From an uncultured delta proteobacterium (lineage in GTDB: Bacteria > Myxococcota > Myxococcia > Myxococcales > Anaeromyxobacteraceae): a stretch of DNA of 64,000 bases. The DNA lies in the NCBI GenBank assembly GCA_963831265.1, contig CAWHPQ010000018.1, positions 28,486-92,485 of the forward strand. Reading direction: 5' to 3'. Positions within the stretch are counted from its first letter, which is position 1. Every line of letters starts with the position of its first letter. Made by a program: the position numbers and the translations under genes. The notes beneath the pieces are model-generated. The model saw only the letters and a list, made by a program, of their open reading frames with translations. It was not told the DNA's origin and ran no database searches. This document shows positions 51,232 to 59,719 of the stretch, piece after piece.

Positions 51232-51260
51232 ACGATACTGCTCGTTCGTTCAGGTAGCAA
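51232..51260 (-). promoter_or_regulatory. Candidate imuA promoter (TTGCTA-N17-TATCGT)
   Basis: On the minus strand, the -35 TTGCTA (51260..51255) and the -10 TATCGT (51237..51232) are separated by 17 bp. The -10 ends only 14 nt before the ATG at 51217 and no SD is present. Confidence 0.45.
51238..51254 (+). promoter_or_regulatory. LexA (SOS) box of the Myxococcus type
   Basis: CTGCTCGTTCGTTCAGG matches 16/17 positions of CTRHAMRYBYGTTCAGS. It is embedded in the larger inverted repeat CCTGAACG-N12-CGTTCAGG (51227..51254). Confidence 0.6.
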
Positions 51261-51322
51261 GCGGGTCTGACACCCCATCGCCGGCTCCAGCCGGCGCAAG
51301 AACCACCCACGGAACCGGTCCG

Positions 51323-51976
51323 TCACCTTCCTCGGCGCCACTCCCGGACGCACGGAGGAACCTCGAACGCGCCCTCCACCCCGTCGGCCACCGGATCGCC
51401 CGGGATGACGGAGAGCGGCAGCACGCCGGCCCAGACCGGCAAGGCCAGGTCCTCCGCGTCGTCCTTCGGAGGGCCCGTCCGGATCTTCGCGGACGCCTCG
51501 TCGAGCGGGACCTCCACCACCGACGTCATGGCCAGTTCCCGGGCGGATGGCGGACGGACGGCATCCCACCTTCCTGGCACGAGCCGCTCGGAGATGGCCC
51601 GCAGCGCGGCCGACTTGCCCGCGGGATCGGCGATCGGGCGCGCCCGCCCGAGGAGGACCACCGACCGGAAGTTCATGCTGTGGTGGAAGGCCGATCGTGC
51701 GAGCACGAGCCCGTCCACCAGCGTCACGGTGAAGCACGCCGGCTGGCCGACCGCGAGCCCCTGCATGAGCCGGCTGGCCGCGGAACCGTGGAGGAGCAGG
51801 CGATTCCCGTCGCGCCCGTGGTTCATCGGGAGGACGTAGGGCTGCCCGTCGACCTCGATCCCGACGTGGCAGACGAGCCCCTCATCGAGGATGGCGTGGA
51901 TCGTCTCGCGCTCGTAGGCGCCCCTCTCGGGCAGGCGACGGATCCGTGCACGGGGACTGGGCGGGGGCTCGCGCAT
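51323..51976 (-). CDS. Pyridoxamine 5'-phosphate oxidase-family (FMN-binding split-barrel) protein
   Basis: 217 aa. The pattern RLPERGAYERETIHAILDEGLVCHVG...LLHGSAASR is typical of the Pyridox_ox_2 / flavin-nucleotide-binding family. Confidence 0.8.
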   Translation of the reverse strand: MREPPPSPRARIRRLPERGAYERETIHAILDEGLVCHVGIEVDGQPYVLPMNHGRDGNRLLLHGSAASRLMQGLAVGQPACFTVTLVDGLVLARSAFHHSMNFRSVVLLGRARPIADPAGKSAALRAISERLVPGRWDAVRPPSARELAMTSVVEVPLDEASAKIRTGPPKDDAEDLALPVWAGVLPLSVIPGDPVADGVEGAFEVPPCVREWRRGR

Positions 51977-51985
51977 GCCGCCAGT

Positions 51986-52381
51986 CTACGCCGCCGTCCC
52001 GCCCTGCTGCTTCCCCTCCGTCTCCGCCGCGGCGATCTCCGCCCGCACCTTGTCCATGTCGAGCTCGCGGGCCTTCTGGATGAGTTCCTCCAGCGCCGCC
52101 TCGGGCAGCGCGCCGGGCTGCGAGAAGAGCATGACCTTGTCGCGGAGGATCATGAGCGTCGGGATGGACATGATCTGGAAGGATCCCGCCAGCCCCTGCT
52201 GGTCCTCGGTGTTCACCTTGGCGAAGGTGACGTCGGGGTGGCGTCCCGCGACCTTCTCGTAGGTGGGTCCGAAGGTGCGGCACGGGCCGCACCAGGGCGC
52301 CCACCAGTCGACGAGGACGATCCCTTCCTTCTCCACGACCTCCTGGAAATTCGCCTCGGTCACGTCCACGGTGGGCTTCAT
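51986..52381 (-). CDS. trxA: Thioredoxin
   Basis: ATG at 52381 (in frame in track ORF 51986..53845). It has the WCGPC active site and a short Glu/Ala-rich C-terminal extension. Confidence 0.92.
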   Translation of the reverse strand: MKPTVDVTEANFQEVVEKEGIVLVDWWAPWCGPCRTFGPTYEKVAGRHPDVTFAKVNTEDQQGLAGSFQIMSIPTLMILRDKVMLFSQPGALPEAALEELIQKARELDMDKVRAEIAAAETEGKQQGGTAA

Positions 52382-52529
52382 CTGTCGTTCCTCTGGGGCG
52401 GGCGCCGTCCATCGGCGCAAGGTGCCTCTCCCTTCCGAGAGCCGTAACCGTCCGGAACGGTTCGCGCCAATCGGACGGCGCCCAGGACCGCCTTGACGCT
52501 GCGCCCCCGCCGGCTCCAAGGTTCTCCGG

Positions 52530-52847
52530 ATGGAAGGCCGGAGCCCGAGAGGACGACGCAGGACGCTCGCCAGCGTGGTGGCCGAGTCCCTCGCGCGCCG
52601 CCCGGAGGCGCGCCGCCCGGCTGCAGCGGCAGCATTCGCCGAGGCCTGCGGCTGGCCGCTCTCCCGGGAACTCACCGTTCGCGGTCTCGGGCCCGACGGG
52701 CACCTCTGGGTGATCGCCTCCTCCGCGGAGTGGGCCCGGCAGGTGGAGGGCATCTCCTCCACGATCGTGGCCCGGATGAACGACCGGCTCGGCCGTCCGA
52801 TGGTCGCGGCGCTCGACGTGCGGGTCCGGCAGGACCGGAAGGGATGA
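52530..52847 (+). CDS. DUF721 (DciA-like) protein
   Basis: 105 aa. The pattern AFAEACGWPLSRELTVRGLGPDGHLWVIASSAEWARQV...ALDVRV matches the DUF721/DciA family layout. Confidence 0.7.
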   Translation: MEGRSPRGRRRTLASVVAESLARRPEARRPAAAAAFAEACGWPLSRELTVRGLGPDGHLWVIASSAEWARQVEGISSTIVARMNDRLGRPMVAALDVRVRQDRKG

Positions 52848-54001
52848 TCTCCTCCGCGGAGCCCGTCGCGCTCCTGGCCGCCCTGGTCCTGGCGTCGGCC
52901 ACGCCCCTGGAACTCACGCCGCTCGAGGCGGCCACCCTGGATCGGGTCCGCGCGGCGCTCCCCCAGCGCACCGTCCCCGCACTCTCGGAGCCCCTCGTGC
53001 AGGCCGCCCGGGTGCTGGCCCGCTCGGCCGCCGGAGGAGATCCTCGCCCGGTCTCTTCCTCCGCGCTCCGGGCAGCACTTGCAGCCGCCGGCGTCGTCGA
53101 CCCGGCGCCGGCAGCGATCGTGCTCTCGGCACGTCCCGCCTCCCTGCCCGAGGCCATGGCCGCCGCGGCGCGAATCCGGGGCGCCACCCACCTGGGCATC
53201 GGGGTCGTGGCGCGGGGCGACCTCGCCTGGGCGGTCCTGCTCGCCTCGGAGCAGCGTGCCGAGATCGATCCCTTTCCCCGGGAGGTCCCCCCGGGGTCCC
53301 GCGCCATCCTGAGCGGACGACTTCTCCAACTCGACGGCCCTCGGGTCTGGGTGGCCTCCCCCTCCGGAACGGCATTCGAGGTACCGGTCGAATCCGACGG
53401 CCGCAGGTTCTCCGCCTCCCTCCTCCTCTCCGAGCGCGGCACCTGGCGGGTCGAGGTCGGAGGAACGGGGGCGCGCGGCCCATCGGTGGCGGCCCTCCTC
53501 GACGTGGCCTGCGGCGAGGGAGGCGCGCGCGCCTCTCCGGAGGCCGAGCCCGATCCGTCCAGCCGATCCGACGCAGAGACCCGCATCCGGGCCGACGTCA
53601 ACGTGCTGCGGGCCCGCCAGGGACTCCCACCGCTGCAGGGCGCCGCCGCGCTCGACGAGCAGGCGCGGCGACACAGCGAGGCCATGCTCGCCGCCGGCAC
53701 GGTGGCCCACCGCCTGGGGGGAGGCGGAGACCTCGCCACGCGCCTCGCGGCATCCGGCGTCCGCTACCGGTCGGCCCGGGAGAACGTGGCGCGCGGGGAC
53801 GGCGCGCTCGACGCGCACCGGGCCATGGTGGAGAGCCCGGCACATCTCGCCAACCTGATCGTACCAGAAGTGAAGTTGCTGGGACTCGGGATCGCCCGCG
53901 GCGTCCTTCCCGGCGGCCAGCCGGTGGTCTACCTGACGGAGATCCTGGTGGAGCCGCGCGCTCCCCTCCCGGCCGGCGATCCGCCGACCGGGGCGCGCTG
54001 A
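52844..54001 (+). CDS. Exported CAP/SCP (PR-1-like) domain protein
   Basis: ATG at 52844 overlaps the upstream stop (ATGA). It has the signal-like segment MISSAEPVALLAALVLASA. The C-terminal 130 aa or so carry CAP-domain blocks (VNVLRARQGLPPL, HSEAMLAAGTVAH, ENVA, SPAHLANL). Confidence 0.75.
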   Translation: MISSAEPVALLAALVLASATPLELTPLEAATLDRVRAALPQRTVPALSEPLVQAARVLARSAAGGDPRPVSSSALRAALAAAGVVDPAPAAIVLSARPASLPEAMAAAARIRGATHLGIGVVARGDLAWAVLLASEQRAEIDPFPREVPPGSRAILSGRLLQLDGPRVWVASPSGTAFEVPVESDGRRFSASLLLSERGTWRVEVGGTGARGPSVAALLDVACGEGGARASPEAEPDPSSRSDAETRIRADVNVLRARQGLPPLQGAAALDEQARRHSEAMLAAGTVAHRLGGGGDLATRLAASGVRYRSARENVARGDGALDAHRAMVESPAHLANLIVPEVKLLGLGIARGVLPGGQPVVYLTEILVEPRAPLPAGDPPTGAR

Positions 54002-54007
54002 CGGCTG

Positions 54008-54232
54008 CTACGCCATGCGGCGCTGCGTCGCGTAGTTCTCGATGCTCGACTCGATCTGCGGCTGGATGGCGAAGAGCGTGCAGCGCGTGCAGGTCCAGCT
54101 GTTCCACGACCGCTTCACGGCCTCGTCGAGGCACGAGTCGTAGTTGCCGCAGAAGAGGTTGCGGTGGCCTTCCACGCCCCTCTCCGGATTGAGGGGGGCA
54201 TTGAGCTCGGCGGGGGTCGGCTTGCTGAACAA
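54008..54232 (-). CDS. Small Cys-rich hypothetical protein (74 aa)
   Basis: ATG at 54232 lies 6 nt after AAGGAG. GC3 is high. It has four Cys arranged as C-x5-C ... C-x2-C (FCGNYDSC ... WTCTRC). I recognise no family. Confidence 0.6.
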   Translation of the reverse strand: MFSKPTPAELNAPLNPERGVEGHRNLFCGNYDSCLDEAVKRSWNSWTCTRCTLFAIQPQIESSIENYATQRRMA

Positions 54233-54401
54233 GGTGTTCTCCTTCCGTGCGAGTCGGTCGGGCTTTCCTTCAAGGAATAGGCGCGGTTATCCCCCTCGCT
54301 GCCGCGGGGTGTCAACTCCCCCTCCGCCGCACGATTTGCCGGTATGTGAAGAAACATAATGACCTGCAACTTCCAGCGGTTGTGTCATCATCCGGCGCGA
54401 T

Positions 54402-56549
54402 TTGCGCGTCCTTTTCGTGACATCGTTCCTGGCACTGTCCGTGACGGCCGGCGCGCGCGCCGAAGAGCCCTTCACGGCCTGGACCGACGGGGCCGGCAAC
54501 GCGGTCGCGGCGCTCTCGGCCGGCGACTCCGAGGCGGCGCTGCGGGCTTCCCGGGCGGCGCTTTCGGCAATCACCCACGGTGAAGCTGGCGCGAGGAGCC
54601 GCCTGCTCGCCGGCCAGGCCCTCGAGCTCGACCGACGTCCCGCCGAGGCCGCGACCGAGATCGCCTCCGCGCTCACTTCACTACCGGTGACGCTCGTCCC
54701 GGCCGCCCGGGCGCGTCTCGCCGCCGATCTGTCCGCAGCCGGGCGTCCCGCCGAGGCGGCGGAAGCCTGGGCGCTCGCCGCCGGCGGAGCCGACCCGGCC
54801 GAGCGACCGCTCCTGGCAGCAGCGGAGGCCCGGGCCTGGATGGCCGCTGGAGAGCCCCGGAAGGCCGAGCGGGCTGCCGCCACCGGGGGCGGCCACCCCG
54901 CCGCACGCCTGGCCCTGGCCCGGGCCTGGGAGGTTCTCGGCGACCCGCGTGCGGCCCCTGCGCTGCGCACCCTGGCCCTGGACCGGACTGGCGAGCCGGA
55001 GGGAGAGGAGGCGGCCCGGATCCTCCTCGCCTCCTCGCCCGGGACCCTGACCGTCGCCGACCGCATCGACCGGGCACGCCACCTCGTCTCGGTCGGGCGG
55101 ACCGAGGAAGCACTCTCCGAGATCGACTCCATCGATGGTGCCGCCGGCCCCACCCCCCTCGCGACCGTACTTCGCGCCGTGGCGCTGCTCCAGCTCGGCC
55201 GCCCCGCCGATGCCGAACGGGTCGCGTCCCCGGTGGCGCGCCTCCCCGGCCCCGGCGAGCCCGCCGCGGCCCGCTTCGTGCTCGCTCGCGCAGCCTCCCG
55301 TCAGGGTCGCATCGAGGAGGCCGTCTCCCGCTACCGGCAGGTCGCACAGGAGCGGCCGGTCGTCCCCGGACTCACCGCCGCCCAGCAGGCGGATCTGTCC
55401 GACGATGCCGCCTTCCTGGCCGCCTGGCTTCCCTACGACCTGGGGCGCTACACGCAGGTCGCGGGAGCGCTCCGGCGCTTCCTGCGTGAACGGCCCGGAG
55501 CCCGCCGGGCGCCGGACGCCCGGTGGTTCCTCGCCTGGTCGCTCCTCCGTTCCGGCGACCGGCCCGCGACCGGGGTGGAGCTTCGCCGGCTCGTGGAGAG
55601 GGAGTCGGGACACCTCCGGGCTGCCGCACTCTACTGGCTCGCGCGCATCGATCCCGATCCAGAGGCGGCTTCCGCCGCCTACCGGGCGGCCATCGCCGAG
55701 ATCCCCGGCGGCTGGTACGCGCTGCTCTCGGCAGCTCGCCTGGAACAGCTCGCCCTCCCCGTTCCGGCGGCCGCCCCGCTGCCCCCGTCCCCCCTCCCGG
55801 GACCGCCGGGGGATCGCCGCGCCACCGCCGCGATGTCCCTCGCAGTGGACCTTGCCGGCGCCGCACTGCGCGAGGAGTCGGTCGCCCTGCTCCAGCGCCT
55901 CTCCCGCGCTTCCGACGTCCGTTCGCGCGCCGCCCTGCTCGCCGAGGTGGCTGCCTTCTCTGGCGACGCAGAGATCCCCTACCGGATGGCCCGGGATCAC
56001 CTCGCCCCGGGGATCCGCACCCAGCGATGGGCCTATCCCGACGCCCACGCCGACGTCCTCCGTCCCGCCGCGCGCCTCCTGGGAACCGATCCGTCGCTCG
56101 TCCTCTCGGTGATGCGCCGGGAGTCGGCGTTCGTCGCCGCCGCGCGGAGCAGGGCGGGCGCGGAGGGTCTGCTCCAGCTCCGTCCGGCGACGGCCGCCCG
56201 GCTTGCTTCGCTGCTGGGCATTCCGGGCGACACCGACCTCTCCGCCCCGGCGGGGAACACCCGCCTTGGAGTCTCCTACCTGGCCTTGCTGGCCGACCGG
56301 TTCGCGATGCCCGCCCAGGTGCTGGCCGCCTACAACGCAGGACCGGCGGCGGCGGCGGCCTGGTCGCGTGTCCGCGCCGGGCTTCCGCTCGACGAGTGGG
56401 TGGAGGACATTCCCTACCGGGAGACGCGCCAGTACGTCCGCACGGTCCTCGCCGACCAGGCCCGCTACCGGGCGCTGGCCGGAGAGACACCCCCGCCTCT
56501 CGACCCTTCTGCGCCCGTCACCCCTCCCGCTCCGGGCGTTGCCTTCTAG
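54402..56549 (+). CDS. slt: Soluble lytic murein transglycosylase (Slt70-like)
   Basis: The TTG start at 54402 gives the signal peptide MRVLFVTSFLALSVTAGARA. It has a long Ala/Leu-rich superhelical region and a C-terminal SLT domain (MRRESAF, GLLQL, AYNAGP). Confidence 0.85.
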   Translation: MRVLFVTSFLALSVTAGARAEEPFTAWTDGAGNAVAALSAGDSEAALRASRAALSAITHGEAGARSRLLAGQALELDRRPAEAATEIASALTSLPVTLVPAARARLAADLSAAGRPAEAAEAWALAAGGADPAERPLLAAAEARAWMAAGEPRKAERAAATGGGHPAARLALARAWEVLGDPRAAPALRTLALDRTGEPEGEEAARILLASSPGTLTVADRIDRARHLVSVGRTEEALSEIDSIDGAAGPTPLATVLRAVALLQLGRPADAERVASPVARLPGPGEPAAARFVLARAASRQGRIEEAVSRYRQVAQERPVVPGLTAAQQADLSDDAAFLAAWLPYDLGRYTQVAGALRRFLRERPGARRAPDARWFLAWSLLRSGDRPATGVELRRLVERESGHLRAAALYWLARIDPDPEAASAAYRAAIAEIPGGWYALLSAARLEQLALPVPAAAPLPPSPLPGPPGDRRATAAMSLAVDLAGAALREESVALLQRLSRASDVRSRAALLAEVAAFSGDAEIPYRMARDHLAPGIRTQRWAYPDAHADVLRPAARLLGTDPSLVLSVMRRESAFVAAARSRAGAEGLLQLRPATAARLASLLGIPGDTDLSAPAGNTRLGVSYLALLADRFAMPAQVLAAYNAGPAAAAAWSRVRAGLPLDEWVEDIPYRETRQYVRTVLADQARYRALAGETPPPLDPSAPVTPPAPGVAF

Positions 56550-57409
56550 TTCCCCGCACCCATCACCCGATGGATGGCCTCGCCGGCCCGTTCCATCACC
56601 TTCGGGGTGATGCCGGGGATCGCGCGGATGGCCAATTCCTGGGTGGGCCGGCGCCGCGCCAGCTCCACGAGGGCCGTCTCCGGGATCACCTTGAAGGGCG
56701 GCTTGTCGATGGCCGAAGCCCGCTCCTCGCGCGCGATCCAGAGTGCGCGGAGCAGCTTCTTGCCCTCGACGTCGAGCTCCCGGGCCCCCTTCAGCTTGCG
56801 CCATCCCTCCGGGTCGAAGATCCGTGCGTGGGCCTTGGCCGCCGCGACGCGGTCGAACTCCTTGCGGGCCTCTTCGGACCCGCCTCCCTGCGAAAGGCCT
56901 GACGCGAGGATGTCGTGGAGAGGAAGGAGGAAGTGGGTGTCCATTGCGGCGTAGCGGAGCTGCGCGGGGGAGAGCGGCCGGCGCCCCCAGTCGGCGCGCT
57001 GGTGCTCCTTGGTGAGCCGGACACCGAAGTGGGCCTTCACCAGTGCAGCCAGCCCGAGCTCCTTCGAGCCCAGCCTTCGCGCCGCGATCATGGTGTCGAA
57101 GATCCGCCCCAGGTCCCACCCGAACTCGCGCCGGAGGCAGCGCACGTCGTAGTCGGCGCCGTGCAGGACGAGCTCCCGATCCCCGCCCAGCGCCGCCCCG
57201 AGCGGCCCGACGTCCACCGCGATCGGGTCGACGATGAAGTCGGCGCCGGGGATGGAGATCTGCATGAGGCAGACCCGCTCCCGGTAGGCGTGGAAGCTGT
57301 TCGACTCGGTGTCGAGCGCAACCCGTGGCTCGGCCTCGAGCCGGCGGGCCAGCTCATCCAGGGACGCGGCATCGGCCACGAAGACGGGGGTGGGGGCGGG
57401 AGGGATCAC
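56546..57409 (-). CDS. rnd: Ribonuclease D-like 3'-5' exonuclease with HRDC domain
   Basis: DEDDy motifs (ALDTESNS, HGADYDVRCL, YAAMDTHFL) plus an HRDC domain. GTG at 57409 lies behind GAGGTG; an alternative GTG is at 57418. Confidence 0.8.
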   Translation of the reverse strand: MIPPAPTPVFVADAASLDELARRLEAEPRVALDTESNSFHAYRERVCLMQISIPGADFIVDPIAVDVGPLGAALGGDRELVLHGADYDVRCLRREFGWDLGRIFDTMIAARRLGSKELGLAALVKAHFGVRLTKEHQRADWGRRPLSPAQLRYAAMDTHFLLPLHDILASGLSQGGGSEEARKEFDRVAAAKAHARIFDPEGWRKLKGARELDVEGKKLLRALWIAREERASAIDKPPFKVIPETALVELARRRPTQELAIRAIPGITPKVMERAGEAIHRVMGAGN

Positions 57410-57419
57410 GTGAAGCACC

Positions 57420-58403
57420 TCATATCCCGTCGGTCCCGCCTGCGCAGGGCCCCTGGTGAATGTAGACTCTCCCCCCATGGGTGAACGACCGAAGGGCGTC
57501 CCGGGCCTCGTCGAGGGAGCGCTCCACCAGGGGCGGCGCACGGCTTCCGACCTGATCGAGGGATTCCGGCGGGCCGGCCGCTGGCAGAAGGCGCGACTCG
57601 GACTGGTGGGTGGCTGGCTCCTCGCCTCGATCCTGGCCCTCTGGATCGCCTGCCCCTCCGTCGGGCCGGGCAATTCGATCGGGGCCGACGTCCACGTCCT
57701 CAAGGACTCCCTCCTGGGTGGCCAGCAGATCCTGGTGCGCAACGAGTCGGATGAGGTCTGGACCGACATCGTTCTCACGCTCGACCGGACCTGGAAGAAC
57801 GAGCAGCGGGCACTGCGACCGCGCGAGCAGGTGGTCCTCTCCCCGTCCCAGTTCGAGCGCGCCGGCGAGGCGGCCCCCCGGGACCTCCGCCCGAGGCGGC
57901 TCGAGGTCGTCTGCCAGCAGGGCCGGGCCAGGTTCGAGCTGCGATAGGCCCTCGCCGGTCCCGTTCCACGCATCCTCCACCTCCCTCTCCAGGCGGGCCT
58001 CCCGGGCCCGGCGGCGCAGCTCTTCCCAGTGCTCCATCCCCCGCGCCAGCGCCTCGGCCCGCCCCCACGAATCGCGTGCGGCGGCGGCCGCTTCCGCTGC
58101 ACGGCGTCCATCCCGATCCGCCTCGGCGGCTGCCCGCTGCCTGTCCCTTTCCGCCTGCCGCGCCGCACGGTCGATCTCCGTCCGGGACGCAGCACCGCGG
58201 ACGAGCTCCCCGGCCAGTCCGGAGGCGTGCGGGGTTCCCCGTGTGGTCAGGCTCTTCCTCAGCTCCCCGGCCCTCCGCGCGACCTCGTCGGCCTCGGAAC
58301 GGGCACGGACGGCCTCGGCCCGGAGGGCATCCGCTCCACGCACCGCTCCCCTCGCCTGCGCCGCCCGCAGGCCCTGCAGCACGGCGAGCGGCCAGCCGGT
58401 CAT
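57420..58403 (-). CDS. Coiled-coil protein in the FliJ/SctO position (3' end unresolved)
   Basis: ATG at 58403 overlaps the ATPase stop (ATGA). The first 150 codons or so are Ala/Arg/Glu-rich coiled coil. The frame has no stop until 57420, so the tail runs antisense through 57477..57947 and looks like shadow sequence. Confidence 0.4.
   Translation of the reverse strand: MTGWPLAVLQGLRAAQARGAVRGADALRAEAVRARSEADEVARRAGELRKSLTTRGTPHASGLAGELVRGAASRTEIDRAARQAERDRQRAAAEADRDGRRAAEAAAAARDSWGRAEALARGMEHWEELRRRAREARLEREVEDAWNGTGEGLSQLEPGPALLADDLEPPRAEVPGGRLAGALELGRGEDHLLARSQCPLLVLPGPVERENDVGPDLIRLVAHQDLLATQEGVLEDVDVGPDRIARPDGGAGDPEGQDRGEEPATHQSESRLLPAAGPPESLDQVGSRAPPLVERSLDEARDALRSFTHGGRVYIHQGPCAGGTDGI
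57477..57947 (+). CDS. Membrane-anchored hypothetical protein
   Basis: GC3 is about 90% by hand count. It has one TM helix (LGLVGGWLLASILALWIACP). ATG at 57477; an alternative GTG is at 57456. I recognise no family. Confidence 0.55.
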   Translation: MGERPKGVPGLVEGALHQGRRTASDLIEGFRRAGRWQKARLGLVGGWLLASILALWIACPSVGPGNSIGADVHVLKDSLLGGQQILVRNESDEVWTDIVLTLDRTWKNEQRALRPREQVVLSPSQFERAGEAAPRDLRPRRLEVVCQQGRARFELR

Positions 58404-59719
58404 TCCTCGATCCCGGCGGCGAGCGCCAGGAGTCCGTCCAGGGTCTCGTCGAACGCCGTCGCCTCCGGGCCTGACTGGCGGAGGAAGGCCTCGATCGCGG
58501 GCATCGCGGCAGCGGCCGCGTCGAGCTCCGGGTCGGCACCCCGCACCCATGCACCGGCCGCCACCAGGTCCCGCGCCGCATCCCAGCGTCCGATGGCGCG
58601 GCGCACCCTCGACGCCGCCCTGCGGTGCCCGTCTCCGGTGACTGCCTGCATGGCACGGGAGAGGCTCGCGGCCACGTCGATGGCCGGATGGCGCCCTCCC
58701 TCGGCGATCCGTCGGTCAAGAACCAGGTGCCCGTCGAGCAGGCCCAGGATCTCCGCGGAGATGGGGTCCTCCGCCTCGTTCCCTCCGGAAAGGACGGTGT
58801 AGACGGCGGTGATGGGGCCTCCAGGGCCCGTCCCGGCCCGTTCGACGAGCCTGGGGAGCTCGGCGAAGACCCGGGCCGGAAATCCCTGCCGAACCGGGGC
58901 CTCCCCCGCGCCGAGCCCCACCTCCCGGACCGCCCGGGCGAACCGGGTGAGCGAGTCGACGAGCAGCAGGACGCTTCGCCCTTCGACGCGAGCGAACCAC
59001 TCGGCCACCGCCGTCGCGACCTGGGCCGAACGCATCCGGACGACCGCTGGCGCGTCGCTCGTGGCCGCGATCACGACGCTGCGCCGGAGCCCGTCCGGAC
59101 CGAGCGCGTCCTCCACCGTCTCGCGGACCTCCCTTCCCCGCTCCCCCACCAGCCCCACGACGCAGACCTCGGCCGCCGCGCACCGTGCGAGCCGCCCCAG
59201 CAGGGAGGATTTCCCCACTCCCGGGCCAGCAAAGAGGCCGATTCGCTGCCCCTCGGCGAGCGTCGCCAGTCCGTCGATGGCCCGGACTCCGGTGGAGAAG
59301 GGGCGCTCGAGACGTGGCCGATCGAGGGGTGCCGGCGCGCCGCGGTCGACCTCCCAGGCCGAGAGACCGCACGGGAGCGGCCGACCGTCGACGGGCCTTC
59401 CCAGGCCGTCCAGCACGCGCCCGAGGAGGCCAGGCCCCACGGCGATCTCGAGCCTTCGCCCGGTCCTGCGGACCCTGCCTCCCGGGACGGCCGCCCGGAC
59501 GTCGCCGAGCGGCAGGAGAAGCGCCGTGTCGCCCCGCAGCGCCACGACCTCGGCACGTACGGCGTCTCCCTGGTCGACCTCGACCTCCACCTGCTCGGCG
59601 AGGCCGGCGCCGACACCCGTGCAGCGAAGCAGGAAGGGTGTGACGTCGCCGAGCGTACCCGTCCGCACGAGCGGTCGAGCCGCACGGACGGCTTCCCGCG
59701 CGCGCGCGAGCGCCGTCAC
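58400..59719 (-). CDS. fliI: FliI/SctN-family type III export ATPase
   Basis: GTG at 59719 overlaps the upstream stop (GTGA). It has Walker A GPGVGKSS, Walker B LLLVDSLTRFA, HPAIDVAASLSR, and the C-terminal helical domain typical of FliI/YscN. Length is 439 aa. Confidence 0.88.
   Translation of the reverse strand: MTALARAREAVRAARPLVRTGTLGDVTPFLLRCTGVGAGLAEQVEVEVDQGDAVRAEVVALRGDTALLLPLGDVRAAVPGGRVRRTGRRLEIAVGPGLLGRVLDGLGRPVDGRPLPCGLSAWEVDRGAPAPLDRPRLERPFSTGVRAIDGLATLAEGQRIGLFAGPGVGKSSLLGRLARCAAAEVCVVGLVGERGREVRETVEDALGPDGLRRSVVIAATSDAPAVVRMRSAQVATAVAEWFARVEGRSVLLLVDSLTRFARAVREVGLGAGEAPVRQGFPARVFAELPRLVERAGTGPGGPITAVYTVLSGGNEAEDPISAEILGLLDGHLVLDRRIAEGGRHPAIDVAASLSRAMQAVTGDGHRRAASRVRRAIGRWDAARDLVAAGAWVRGADPELDAAAAAMPAIEAFLRQSGPEATAFDETLDGLLALAAGIEE

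Noticed and set aside
58029-58802. Plus-strand ORFs (58029..58802, 57610..58641, 58076..58474) as alternatives to the FliJ-position gene
   Set aside because: The translations are Pro/Arg/Ser/Gly-rich junk that continues antisense into the ATPase gene. The minus-strand coiled coil with its ATGA coupling to the ATPase is the more credible reading.
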